A DNA stretch of 64,000 bases from Pristiophorus japonicus (taxonomy: Eukaryota), in NCBI RefSeq assembly GCF_044704955.1, contig NC_091980.1:52266001-52330000 (forward strand). The letters are read 5' to 3'. This document shows positions 11,960-24,520 of this stretch, one piece after another; within the stretch, counting starts at the first letter, position 1, and every line of letters begins with the position of its first letter. Position numbers and translations under genes: made by a program. A model generated the notes under the pieces. It searched no databases. It was not told where the DNA came from and worked only from the letters and a program-made list of their open reading frames with translations.

Positions 11960-13442
11960 AATTGGAAAACTGCAGATTGGAAAACTGCAAATGTAATGCC
12001 CCTATTTAAAAAAGGAGGCAGATAAAAAGCAGGAAATTATAGACCAGTTAGCCTAACATCTGTGGTTGGGAAAATGTTGGAATCCATTATTAAAGAAGCA
12101 GTAGCACGACATTTGGAAAAGCAAAATTCAGTCAAGCAGAGTCAGCATGGACTTATGAAGGGGAAGTCATGTTTGACAAATTTGCTGGAATTCTTTGAGG
12201 ATGTAACGAACAGGGTGGATAAAGGGGGACCAGTGGATGTGGTGTATTTGGACAACCAAAAGGCATTTGACAAGGTGCCACATAAAAGGTTACTGCATGA
12301 TAAAAGTTCATGGGGTTGGGGGTAATATATTAGCATGGATAGAGGATTGGCTAACGAACAGAAAACAGAGTGTCGGGATAAATGGTTCATTCTCTGGTTG
12401 GCAACCAGTAACTAGTGGGGTGCCGCAGGGATCAGTGCTGGGACCCCAACTATTTACAATCTATATGAACAACTTGGAAGAAGGGACTGAGTGTAACGTA
12501 GCCAAGTTTGCTGATGATACAAAGATGGGAGGAAAAGCAATGTGTGAGGAAGACACAAAATATCTGCAAAAGGACATAGACAGGCTAAGTGAGTGGGCAA
12601 AAATTTGGCAGATGGAGTATAATGTTGGAAAGTGTGAGGTCATGCACTTTGACAGAAAAAAAATCAAAGAGCAAGTTGTTATTGAAATGGAGAAAGATTG
12701 CAAAGTGCTGCAATAAAATGGGACCTGGAGGTACTTGTGCATGAAATACAAAAGGATAGTATGCAGGTACAGCAAGTGATCAGGATGGCGAATGGAATCT
12801 TTGCCTTTGTTGCAAAGGGGATGGAGTATAAAAGCAGGAAAGTCTTGCTGCAGCTATCTAGGGTATTGGTGAGGCCACATCTGGAATACTGCATGCAGTT
12901 TTGGTTTCCATATTTACGAAAGAATATACTTGCTTTGGAGGCAGTTCAGAAAAGGTTCACTAGGTTGATTCCGGGGATGAGGGGGTTGACTTATGAGGAA
13001 AGGTTGAGCAGTTTGGGCCTCTACTCATTGGAATTCAGAAGAATGAGAGGTGATCTTATCGAAACGTATAAGATTATGAGGGGGCTTGACCAGGTGGATG
13101 CAGAGAGGATGTTTCCACTGATGAGGGAGACTAGAACTAGAGGGTATGATCTTATAATAAGGGGCCGCCTATTTAAAACTGAGATGAGGAGAAATTAATT
13201 CTCTCAGAGGGTTGAAAATCTGTGGAATTCGCTGCCTCAGAGAGCTGTGGAAGCTGGGACATTGAATAAATTTAAGACAGAAATAGACAGTTTCTTAAAC
13301 GACAAGGGGATAAGGGGTCATGGGGAGCGGGCAGGGAGGTGGAGCTGAGACCATGATCAGGTCAGCCATGATCTTATTGAATGGCGGAGCAGGCTCGAGG
13401 GGCCGCATGGCCTACTCCTGCTCCTATTTCTTATGTTCTTAT
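11960..13442 (+). mobile_element. CR1 LINE, 5'-truncated (RT, 3' UTR, (TTCTTATG)n tail)
   Basis: NYRPVSLTSVVGK, QHG.MKGKSCLTNLLEFF, GVPQGSVLGP and KFADDTK motifs with frameshifts; octamer tail. Confidence 0.95.
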
Positions 13443-13704
13443 ATTGATGTAAATTACATTTACCAAATAGAAGTAGATGGTAAATTATCAAAACCTAGGC
13501 CTAATTAGTTAAACAAGGAAGTTGACTTCAAATGCCTCAAAAAATACCAATGTTCTAAAAGATATACCAAATCAAGGAAGGGAATATATTGGGAAATGCA
13601 TAAACTAAATTTAACTAATTTGAGATATTGGAACCAATAAAATAATTTAAAGATATTTTTGTAGTAGATGAGGTCTCAGTCAATTGCATTTGGGTGTTCA
13701 GGAG

Positions 13705-14380
13705 GAATCCGTGTCATCACCAAGACCGTCTATTTCCACATCCGTAACATCACCCGACTCTGCCCCTTCATCAGCTCATCTGCTTCTGAAACCCTCATCC
13801 CTACCTTTGCTACCTTTCGACTTAACCATTCCAAAGCACTCCTGGCCACCCTCTCATGTTCTATCCTCTGTAAAATTGAGGTCATCCAAAACTCTACTGT
13901 CCATGTCCTGACTCGCATCAAGTCCTGCTCTCCCATTGCCCTGTGCTCGCTGGCCTATGTTGGCTCCCGGTTAAGCAACGCCTCGATTTCAAAATTCTCA
14001 ATTTTTTTTCAAATCTCGCGATGGCCTCGCCCCTCCCTATTTCTAATCTCCTACAACCCTACAACCCACTGAAGATATCTGCGCTCCTCGAATTCTGGCC
14101 TCTTGAGCATCCTCGATTTTAATCATTCCACCATTGGCGGCTGTGTCTTCAGCTGCCTAGCACCTATGCTCTGGAATTCCCTCCCTAAACCTCACTGCCT
14201 CTCTATCCTCCTTAAAGATCCTCCTTAAAACCTACCTGTTTGATTAAGCTTTTGGTCATCTGCTGTAATATCGTCTCATGTGGCTCGGTGTCAAACTTTG
14301 TTTGATAACGCTCGTGAAGTGTTTTGGAATGTTTTACTACATTAAAGGCGCTATGTAAATACAAGTTGTTGTTGTTGTTG
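13705..14380 (+). mobile_element. L2 LINE 3' end with (TTG)n tail
   Basis: TKTVYFHIRNITRL; 3' UTR closely similar to 6000-6515; ends ACAAGTTGTTGTTGTTGTTG. Confidence 0.9.
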
Positions 14381-15039
14381 TCTGAAAGAAAATGTGAGAC
14401 CTCTTAAATCATAATTGAGATTTAAAAAAGGCCAGAATATTTTTTTGGAATTATAGTAGTTTTAAGTATAAAAAAAAACATGATTTTTCTGGTGGTCAGA
14501 GAGATAGAAAATATAGAAGTTCATGGAGAGTAAAGAACATTAAAATGGGCATTATATATGGAATGTTCACAAGAAATCACGACTAGATGGAATGTATCCC
14601 AAAGCACAGTATTTAAAGAAATGAAGGTAGAGGAGTTGTGGTTGATTTTTTTTTAACATTTCATTAATTATAATAGATAGGGTTAGATGAGTAGAAAAAT
14701 AACTACTGTTCCATTTTTCAGTCAGATGTTGGAACCTGAGAATTCTAGATCTGTTAGCTTGCCAACTGTAGTCATAGAAACATTGCCGTCTGTTGTAAAA
14801 AAAAATTGGATTCACAGTACTGAGCCTCACTAGTACTGAGCCTCACTAGTACTGTAGCTCTGTCCCCAACCTGTGTCCCATCTAGCAAGGCTCAGCATTT
14901 TAAAGTGCAGCTTCAGTGAATTCACCTTTGTGCAGCCTAAATGGCAATCTGTCCCCCCTGCAGGCAACATTTACATTTGGCACTGCTAGGACATTACTGA
15001 CATTAGGGGAATCAGCAAGAACCATATCTTAGTGTTCCC

Positions 15040-15575
15040 CGATACCTCAGCTAGTTAAGGCAGCGTGTGTAGCTGAAACATATAGAAAAAAGAAAGACTT
15101 GCATTTATATGGCGCCTTTCACAACCTCAAAATGTCCCAAATCGCTTTATAGACAATGAAGAACTTTTTAAGTATAGTCACTGTTGTAAAGTAGGAAATG
15201 TGGCAGCCAATTGCGCAAAACAAGTTCCCACAAACAGCAATGTGATAACCATGAGATAATGTTTGTGTTATGTTGATTGAGGGATAAATATTGGCCAGGA
15301 CACTGGAGATAACTCCCCTGCTCAGAAAGCTTGACTCATGGTTTGTCCTGAGTTAGCTGATCTCAGCCAGAGTGGTATTAGGTATTTGTACAATTGGCCT
15401 CAGTGTCTCAGGTTAGGGAGAAGAAATTTGGCGCGGGTTCCTGCTTCTGATTGTTATCTAGTGATTCCTACTGGAAGTTGGGACATCCAGTGAGAACCAG
15501 TTTGGCCTCAGCTATGATGACTCATATGGTTTAATAGCCTGCCAACACTCACTGGCTAGGCTTTTGCAGGCACTC
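15040..15575 (+). mobile_element. Second SINE family (unnamed), interrupted by a minus-strand SacSINE1-like 3' half
   Basis: GAGTTAGCTGATCTCAGCC...ACAATTGGCCTCAG...GGTTAGGGAG motif recurs at ~41380-41560 (+), ~45830-46010 (+) and ~38440-38815 (-). Confidence 0.55.
15090..15325 (-). mobile_element. Deu-SINE (SacSINE1-like) 3' half
   Basis: Largely the reverse complement of 10040-10210, plus an L2-type tail (TATAAATGCAAGTC). Confidence 0.75.
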
Positions 15576-16039
15576 GGCTACCAGTATCAAAAATCAGCAC
15601 GGAAGTACATATTGCAGCATAACACACACAAGAGTTGAAAAACATGAACGGGGACATCCCGTGCCAAGATCAAAGGGGAAAGCTCCAAGACAGTTTTCCG
15701 CTGTGCGTGTAGGATTAAAATTAACCCGCAAATTTTATTCCATCAACAATAAACCGCAAGGTCAGTGTGGCCGCATGCAATGTAAAAAGTACAAGTCCTG
15801 GGAGGAATAACAGTCCAATTTCCATCACTTTAATAATCAATGTAACTATTTGTACTGCACTTTTTTGACAGACAGGTGACAAGCCCCGCCCCTGTTAAGC
15901 TCCGCCCCCCCCCCCCCCCCCGCCTCCCGGCCCGAATCATTTCAGGCATGTGGTGTTGAGAAGCAGGACCTGAGGCATCGACTCTCTCCCACCTCCAGTC
16001 TAGGGTCGAGAGCGGCGGCCCTGGGCCCAAAAGTGGCCA

Positions 16040-16162
16040 GCGGGGGGGGGGGGGGGGTAGGGGGCTGGGAGAGAGTGTGCAGCTGGGGGGGTAAGAGAGA
16101 GAGAGACCTGCGGGGGCGGGGGAAGAAGAGAGAGAGAGGCTGGTTAGAGGGGGAGGGGGGGA

Positions 16163-16193
<31 letters not shown>

Positions 16194-16302
16194 GCTGGTT
16201 GGGGGGGGGGGAAGAAGAGAGAGAGGCTGGTGGGAGGGGGGAGGAAGGAGAGGGAGAGAGAGAGAGAGAGAGAGAGGCTGGTTGGAGGGGGAGGGGGGAA
16301 AG

Positions 16303-16333
<31 letters not shown>

Positions 16334-16983
16334 TTGTTAAGGGGGGGGAAGAAGAGAGAGAGAGAGAGGCTGGTGGGGGGGGCGGGCGGGAGAGTAGAGA
16401 GAGAGGCTGGTGGGGGGGGAGAGTCGAGAAGTAGACAGAGAGGCTGGTGGGGGGGGGAGGAAGAAGAGAGAGAGAGAGGCTGTTGTGGGGGGAGAGGAAG
16501 AGAGACAGGCTGAGGGGGTGAGAGAGGCTGGTGGGGAGGGAAGAAGAGAGTGAGAGGCTGGCGGTGGGGGCAGGGGGGAGAGAAGAAGAGAGAGAGGCTG
16601 GGAGGGGGGGAGAGAGAGAGAGAGAGAGAGAGAGGCTGGGGGGGGGAAGAAGAGAGACAGGCCGGGGGGGTGAGAGAGAGAGGCTGGCGGGGGGGATGAG
16701 AGAGGCAGTTGGGGGGGGGGGGAGAGAGAGAGGTGGGGGGGATGGGGGAGAAGGAGAGAGAGAGGCTGGGTGGGGGGAAGAGAGAGAGAGAGAGAGAGAG
16801 AGAGGCTGGGGGGGGAAGAAGAGAGACAGGCTGGGGGGGTGAGAGAGTGAGGCTGGAAGGGGGAGAAAGAGGGAGGCCGGGGGGGGAGAAAGAGAGAAGC
16901 TGGGGTGGTGGGAGGGAGAGAGAGGGAGAGAGGCTGGGGAGGGCAGGGGCGGGGTGTGGAGAGAGAGAGAGGCTGGTGTGGGG
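16040..16983. repeat. Polypurine low-complexity array built from GAGGCTGG(G)n and (GA)n units; continues at 23443-23660
   Basis: Almost only G/A with a recurring AGAGAGGCTGG motif; same composition resumes after the Gypsy element. Confidence 0.9.
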
Positions 16984-17185
16984 TATTGTGTATGCAATAA
17001 CTGCTAGACTGAGTACTGTTTAACTCCAAGGTATGACCTTGGCTCTGCTTTATTAAGGCCCAAAGTGCATATATACAAAATGGCTGGCCTTTTATACTTG
17101 GGCTGCACACACGTGCGTGCAACCTAATGACCTACAACAGTGACGCCATCTAGTGACTAGTGATCCCAAAAGTACATACATGACA
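16984..17185 (-). repeat. 3' LTR of the Gypsy element (~202 bp)
   Basis: TATTGTGTATGCAATAACTG...GTACATACATGACA matches 23275-23442; AATAAA on the minus strand. Confidence 0.9.
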
Positions 17186-17217
17186 ATACACGATCCCCGA
17201 GATATTAACACAGTCCT

Positions 17218-18254
17218 TTACAAATTGAGGCGGTCCGGTGTTTTACACTCCCGCATTGACCATCTCAGTTCAACTCCAGCCTTGGTTGATTTTTCAGAGT
17301 CTGTTGTGACTGGTGGCTGGGTGGCTGACCTGATGGGAGTGGCAATGGCCATGTTAGGGACTGAAAGTCCATTTTCATTGAACATGTCAGTGATTGAAAG
17401 TTCCAATTCATTGATGACCACTGAATCCTCTGATGACTGGGGGTAGGTTGGTTGGTCGTCGATTGTCTCTTCCTCCGACTGTTCCAGTTCGTCTGTGTGC
17501 CGCAGCTTTGTCTGATCCATATGTTTCCTGCATGTTTGCCCATTTTTGAGCTTGACAATAAATACTCTGTTGCCCTCCTTGGCCATGACAGTACCAGCGA
17601 TCCACTTGGGACCCTGACCATAATTCAGAACATATACAGGATCATTTACAGAAATATCGCGTGACACAGCTGCACGATCGTGATACCCTTGCTGACTTTG
17701 TCTTCTATATTCAACATGATTATTCAAGTTAGGGTGTACAGAGATAGCTTGGTCTTAAGACCTCTCTTCATCATTAGTTCAGCAGGCAAGACCCAGGTAA
17801 GCATGTGTGGTCTTGTCCTGTAACCAAGCAGTATGCATGACAGGTGGGTCTGCAGTGACCCTTGGGTTACTCGCTTCATACTCTGCTTTATGATTTGGAC
17901 AGCATGTTCTGCTTGCCCATTGGATGCAGGTTTGAACGGTGCTGACCTTTCATGTTTGATACAATTGAGTTTCATGAACTCTTGAAACTCCTGACTGGTG
18001 AAGCACGATCCGTTGTCGCTAACAACAATGTCAGGCAGACCATGTGTCGCGAACATGACACTGAGATTCTCAATGGTCCACTTCGAATATGCATTCACTA
18101 CAACTAAAAACATCTTCCCCAGGAAGGGACCGGCAAAGTCGATATGGATCCTGGCCACAACCACAGACTCAGCGGCGATTCCGCTGGTGCTTTGCTGAGC
18201 TGCATGCAAGTGTTGCACTGGTGCACACATGATTCCAGCTCAGAGTCAATTCCC
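17218..18254 (-). pseudogene. Gypsy integrase (partial Zn finger, DDE core, C-terminal region), frameshifted
   Basis: GIDSELESCVHQCNTC, RIHIDFAGPFLG, VSDNGSCF and PASNGQAE motifs. Confidence 0.9.
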
Positions 18255-20574
18255 ATTGTGCGAGGCCCCTTGGGGAAGAGTGACCATAATATGGTGGAAT
18301 TCTGCATTAGGATGGAGAATGAAACAGTAATTTCAGAGACCATGGTCCAGAACTTAAAGAAGGGTAACTTTGAAGGTATGAGGCGTGAATTGGCTAGGAT
18401 AGATTGCGAATGATACTTAAGGGGTTGACTGTGGATGGACAATGGCAGACATTTAGAGACCGCATGGATGAATTACAACAATTGTACATTCCTGTCTGGC
18501 GTAAAAATAAAAAAGGGAAGGTGGCTCAACCGTGGCTATCTAGGGAAATCAGGGATAGTATTAAAGCCAAGGAAGTGGCATACAAATTGGCCAGAAATAG
18601 CAGCGAACCTGGGGACTGGGAGAAATTTAGAACTCAGCAGAGGAGGACAAAGGGTTTGATTAGGGCAGGGAAAATGGAGTATGAGAAGAAGCTTGCAGGG
18701 AACATTAAGGCGGATTGCAAAAGTTTCTATAGGTATGTAAAGAGAAAAAGGTTGGTGAAGACAAACGTAGGTCCCCTGCAGTCAGAATCAGGGGAAGTCA
18801 TAACGGGGAACAAAGAAATGGCAGACCAATTGAACAAGTACTTTGGTTCGGTATTCACTAAGGAGGATACAAACAATCTTCCGGATATAAAAGGGGTCAG
18901 AGGGTCTAGTAAGGAGGGGGAACTGAGGGAAATCTTTATTAATCGGGAAATTGTGTTGGGGAAATTGATGGGATTGAAGGCCGATAAATCCCCAGGGCCT
19001 GATGGACTGCATCCTAGAGTACTTAAGGAGGTGGCCTTGGAAATAGCGGATGCATTGACAGTCATTTTCCAACATTCCATTGACTCTGGATCAGTTCCTA
19101 TGGAGTGGAGGGTAGCCAATGTAACCCCACTTTTTAAAAAAGGAGGGAGAGAGAAAACAGGGAATTATAGACCGGTCAGCCTGACCTCAGTAGTGGGTAA
19201 AATGATGGAATCAATTATTAAGGATGTCATAGCAGTGCATCTGGAAAATGGTGACATGATAGGTCCAAGTCAGCATGGATTTGTGAAAGGGAAATCATGC
19301 TTGACAAATCTTCTGGAATTTTTTGAGGATGTTTCCAGTAAAGTGGACAAAGGAGAACCAGTTGATGTGGTATATTTGGACTTTCAGAAGGCTTTCGACA
19401 AGGTCCCACACAAGAGATTAATGTGCAAAGTTAAAGCACATGGGATTGGGGGTAGTGTGCTGACGTGGATTGAGAACTGGTTGTCAGACAGGAAGCAAAG
19501 AGTAGGAGTAAATGGGTACTTTTCAGAATGGCAGGCAGTGACTAGTGGGGTACCGCAAGGTTCTGTGCTGGGGCCCCAGCTGTTTACATTGTACATTAAT
19601 GATTTAGACGAGGGGATTAAATGCAGTATCTCTAAATTTGCGGATGATACTAAGTTGGGTGGCAGTGTGAGCTGCGAGGAGGATGCTATTAGGCTGCAGA
19701 GTGACTTGGATAGGTTAGGTGAGTGGGCAAATGCATGGCAGATGAAGTATAATGTGGATAAATGTGAGGTTATCCACTTTGGTGGTAAAAACAGAGAGAC
19801 AGACTATTATCTGAATGGTGACAGATTAGGAAAAGGGAAGGTGCAACGAGACCTGGGTGTCATGGTACATCAGTCATTGAAGGTTGGCATGCAGGTACAG
19901 CAGGCGGTTAAGAAAGCAAATGGCATGTTGGCCTTCATAGCGAGGGGATTTGAGTACAGGGGCAGGGAGGTGTTGCTACAGTTGTACAGGGCCTTGGTGA
20001 GGCCACACCTGGAGTATTGTGTACAGTTTTGGTCTCCTAACTTGAGGAAGGACATTCTTGCTATTGAGGGAGTGCAGCGAAGGTTCACCAGACTGATTCC
20101 CGGGATGGCGGGACTGACCTATCAAGAAAGATTGGATCAACTGGGCTTGTATTCACTGGAGTTCAGAAGAATGAGAGGGGACCTCATAGAAACGTTTAAA
20201 ATTCTGACGGGTTTAGACAGGTTAGATGCAGAAAGAATGTTCCCAATGTTGGGGAAGTCCAGAACCAGGGGTCACAGTCTGAGGATAAGGGGTAAGCCAT
20301 TTAGGACCGAGATGAGGAGAAACTTCTTCACCCAGAGAGTGGTGAACCTGTGGAATTCTCTGCCACAGAAAGTAGTTGAGGCCAATTCACTAAATATATT
20401 CAAAAGGGAGTTAGATGAAGTCCTTACTACTCGGGGGATCAAGGGTTATGGCGAGAAAGCAGGAAGGGGGTACTGAAGTTTCATGTTCAGCCATGAACTC
20501 ATTGAATGGCGGTGCAGGCTAGAAGGGCTGAATGGCCTGCTCCTGCACCTATTTTCTATGTTTCTATGTTTCTA
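18255..20574 (+). mobile_element. Young 5'-truncated CR1 LINE nested in Gypsy pol; 690-codon open ORF2 (RT)
   Basis: ORF 18404-20476 is uninterrupted with QHGF, DFQKAFDKVPH, GVPQGSVLGP and FADD; single frameshift near 18408; tail (TTCTATGT)n to ~20574. Confidence 0.97.
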
Positions 20575-22500
20575 AAAGCATCCATAACTAACAATAGGTC
20601 CGCCGGTTGTTGCGTTTCCACCTCCGGTGTGGGCAACGGCAGACGGCTCAAAGCATCAGCACAATTCTCGGTGCCAGGTCTATGGCGAATGACATAATCA
20701 TAAGCGGATAATGTCGGTGCCCACCGCTGGATGCGGGATGAAGCATTGGTATTGATACCTTTGTTTTCAGAGAACAGTAAAATGAGCGGCTTGTGATCTG
20801 TCTCCAGTTCAAACCGAAGACCAAATAGATACTGATGCATCTTTTTAACCCCATACACATAGGCTAGTGCTTCTTTCTCTACCATGCTGTAGGCTCTTTC
20901 CACTTTAGACAAACTTTTTGAAGCATACACGACTGGTTGAAGTTTACCTGACACATTACCTTGTTGGTGTACGCAACCAATTCCATATGACGAAGCATCA
21001 CAGGCCAATACTAAAGGTTTACATGGGTCATAAAGTACCAGCAGCTTGTTAGAGCAAAGCAGATTAGTGGCTTTCTCAAAAGGTCTGTCTTGAGACGCAC
21101 CCCACACCCAGTTGTCGCCTTTTCTTATCAGCATGTCCAGTGGTTCAAATCAGGTGCTCAATTTAGGAAGGAAGTTACCGAAGTAGTTAAGTAGACCCAG
21201 GAATGAATGCAGCTCAGTCACATTCTGCATCTTGGGTGCATTCTTGAGGGCCTTGGTATTCGCTTCCGTGGGCCTGATGCCATCAGCAGTAATTTTCCTC
21301 CCCAGAAATTTGACCTCTGGTGCCATGAAGACGCACTTCGAGCGTTTCAGTCTGAGTCCTACTTTGTCCAGACGATGTAGAACCTCTTTCAGGTTATTCA
21401 GATGTTCCTCGGAGTCATGACCTGTGATCAGGATGTCATCTTGGAACACGACGGTTCTGGGAACGGATTTCAGTAGACTCTCCATGTTCCTCTTAAATAT
21501 TGCTGCAGCCGAGCGAATTCCAAAAGGACACCTGTGATAAACAGTCTTTTATACGTGTTAATGCACGTAAGACTCTTCGATGTCTCGACCAGCTCCTGTG
21601 TCATGTAGACTGACATCAAGCCTAGTTTGGTGAATGACTTCCCCCCAGCTAGCATTGCAAACAAGTCATCAGCCTTCGGTAACGGGTACTGATCCTGTTT
21701 TGAAACCCTGTTGATCGTAGCCTTGTAGTCTCCACAGATTCTGACTGTGCCATCATTTTTCAGCACAGGAACAATGGGGCTGGCCCCTTCATTAAATTCA
21801 ACCGGTGATATGATCCCTTCACGCTGGAGTCTGTTCAGTTCGATTGTGACCTTCTCCCTCATCATATACAGAACTGCTCGAGCTTTATGATGGACAGGTC
21901 TTGCATCCGAGTCCACGTGGATCTGCACCTTGGCTCCTGTGAAGTTGCCGATGCCTGGTTCGAACAGCGAGGGGAACTTTCTCAGTACTTGGGCACATGT
22001 ATCTTTCTCCGACGACAGTGCCTTGATGTTGTTGCAATCGCATCTGATTTTTTCAAGCCTGTTCCTGCCAAACATTGTTGGGCCATTGCCTGGGACAATC
22101 CAAAGCGGTAACTCATGAACCGCACCATCATACGACACTTTAATTGTGGCACTGCCAATCACCATTATTAATTCTTTGGTGTACTTGCGCAACTTGGTAT
22201 TGACTGGACTCAGCCTGGGCCTCACAGCCTTAGTATCCCACACCTTGTCGAATGCCCTCTGGCTCATTATCGATTGACTCGCCCCTGTGTCCAGTTCCAT
22301 CGATACAGGCATCCCATTAAATTTCATGTTGATCATTATCGGTTTGCTCTTAGTTAGGAACGAGTACAGTCCATACACTTCCTCCTCTGTTATCTCGGAT
22401 TGCATATCCGGATCCGCGCTAGTCTGACCATCATCCTCCATGAGGTGTGTTGCAGCACGCTTGCTCATCTTCGGACACTTGCGCTGGAGATGCCGCACTC
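20575..22500 (-). pseudogene. Gypsy pol: aspartic protease, reverse transcriptase and RNase H (frameshifted)
   Basis: MELDTGASQS (PR), VRICGDYK and VFQDDILI (RT), LACDASSYGIG...EKEALA...TDHKPL...ADALSR (RH). Confidence 0.93.
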
Positions 22501-23237
22501 TCACACAGCCTTTGCAACTATATTGCTTAAATCGGCACTGCTGGTGCCAGTGATTGCCCCCACAACGTCAACGCGGAGAAATCGGATGCATTCCCGCTGG
22601 CAGACTTTGGGCAGCACAGGTTTCGCGTACGCTGTCGGATAGGCCCTGCCATGTGCCGCTCTGCTGAACGCCAAATCAATCATATTTACAATACTTGCCG
22701 AGTTTCGATTTTTCGTTGATATCTGCTTTAGACTTCTATCCGTCGTCATGCATGACTGAGCGATTGTGATGTCCCTGTTCAAGTCCAACGTCTCCACCGC
22801 CAGTAGTTTATGCAGGATCACCTCGTGGTTGATGCCGATTACAAAGAAGTCCCACATGTCTGACAACACAGCCCTAAACTTGGTCCCGCTAGACGTTTCA
22901 GGTCGGCAACGAATTCCACCGCATTCTGGTCCTCTGAGCGAACGTGCGTGTAAAATCTATATCTTGAGATAATGATGCCTTCGTCTGGCTTAAGGTGGTC
23001 CTGTACCAGTGTACACAATTCTTCATACGTCTTCTCTGTTGAACTCACAGGCAGGAGTAAATTCTTTATTAGACCACAAATTTTTGGACCGCACACCGTG
23101 AGGAACACTGCCCGGTACCGATCTGCGTCACCGACCTCCTCCATTTTGTTGGCCACAAAGAACTGGCTCAAATGGTTCACAAACTCTGCCCAATCTTCTC
23201 CTTCCACAAATTGCTCCAACAATCCAATTGTGCTCAT
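22480..23237 (-). pseudogene. Gypsy gag with C-terminal CCHC knuckle region (frameshifted)
   Basis: ATG at 23237, MSTIGLLEQFVEGEDW...RYRFY; Cys/His knuckle remnants near 22480-22590. Confidence 0.8.
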
Positions 23238-23261
23238 TTTTGCATGTAAAGGTTCTTGTTG

Positions 23262-23272
23262 CCTCGTCGCCA
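23262..23272 (-). promoter_or_regulatory. Primer-binding site complementary to the tRNA-Ser(GCU) 3' end
   Basis: TGGCGACGAGG begins 2 nt inside the 5' LTR boundary and complements ...CCUCGUCG-CCA of vertebrate tRNA-Ser(GCU). Confidence 0.8.
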
Positions 23273-23274
23273 AA

Positions 23275-23442
23275 TGTTGCGTATGCAATAACTGTTAGAC
23301 TGAGTACTGTTTAACTCCAAGAGGTATGACCTTGGCTCTGCTTTATTAAGGCCCAAAGTGCATATATACTTGGGTGCAGCCCAATGGCCTCCAACAGTGA
23401 CGCCATCTAGTGGCTAGTGATCCCAAAAGTACAGACATGGCA
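23275..23442 (-). repeat. 5' LTR of the Gypsy element (~168 bp, with internal deletions)
   Basis: TGTTGCGTATGCAATAAC...CAGACATGGCA; adjacent to the PBS. Confidence 0.9.
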
Positions 23443-24520
23443 GGGGGTGAGAGAAAGCGAGGCTAGGGGGAGGAGAGAGAGAGAGGCTGGGGCGGGGGGG
23501 AAGAGAGAGGCTGCGGGGGGCAGGAAGTGGAAAGAGAGAGAGAGAGAGAAGGGCTGGGTGGTAGAGAGAGCGATTGAGAGGCAGTGGGGTAGCGAGAGAG
23601 AGAGGCTGGGGAGAGAGAGACACGTGTGGTGGGGGAGAGACATGAGTGGGGGGAAGACGTATCATGCTCTTCCAACCCCCTACAAGGGACATCGTTGGAG
23701 TGGATGATATCCAGAAGTCACGACACTGTCACTATTCACTTCATACCTAATCAACCTGGTAACAATCCGTACATAATGGCTGCCCCATCTATGGTGGGGT
23801 GGGGGAAGGAAGGATGCACTTGCGTTGGGATAAGGCAATTCGGTTGGGGGAGGGGTACTTGGACTGGGGTAAGGCACTTTGGCTGGCCTTTGCTGTCTTC
23901 TGGGGAGCTCTGTCCTCTGTCGCTTCAGGAAGTCTAACTGGATCAAGTTACAACTTGCAAAGTCAGTGAGACCTTGGGATGGGTGGTTCCAGTTACACAT
24001 TCCTGTGAAACTTCAGGGTGTGGTTTATCCTCCAAGGGGACCAATCAGAAACAATTGGTGGAGCATGTTGGCTATTTTTGCAGTACAAATGGTCTCTTAA
24101 TAATTGGTATCTGTGATTGCACAGGGTTGAGATATTTACATTCCTAAAAATGGCTTTTTGCTGTGTTCTCATTCTCAAGGTTATTAACAATACCTGCAAC
24201 TGCTAAATTATATGCCAAAACTGGCAGCCAGAGCTGGTCTAAAAGCCGAGACAAATCCTCAGTGTAAAAAGACCTCACATGTTGACCTGAGTGCAAGATC
24301 ATTAGGTCAGTGCATTCTCTGTAATAAACAATGAATGCAGATGTAACTGACTAATTAAACAGAGCCAGCATTAATATTTTCCTTCATATTATTAAACTGA
24401 ATGAATTCCTAAACCCACAAGAATTGGAAATGCATTAATGGAAAGTATAATCAACTGAGACTGTGTAATAACTGCTTTGACTATTTATGAGTTTCAAAAC
24501 CACCGTGTGAAAAAGATATG

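Larger units (their letters stand above)
16984..23442 (-). mobile_element. Ty3/Gypsy LTR retrotransposon, both LTRs present, decayed gag-pol
   Basis: Direct LTRs at 16984-17185 and 23275-23442 (TG/TA...CA termini), flanked by G-runs compatible with a 4-5 bp TSD; domain order gag-PR-RT-RH-IN. Confidence 0.95.

Noticed and set aside
15942-17122. Long Ser/Leu/Pro and Glu/Arg/Gly ORFs
   Set aside because: Translations of the polypurine low-complexity tract.
18404-20476. 690-aa intact RT ORF as a domesticated gene or autonomous element
   Set aside because: It is 5'-truncated, lacks ORF1 and most of the endonuclease, and retains the CR1 tail; intactness reflects young age.
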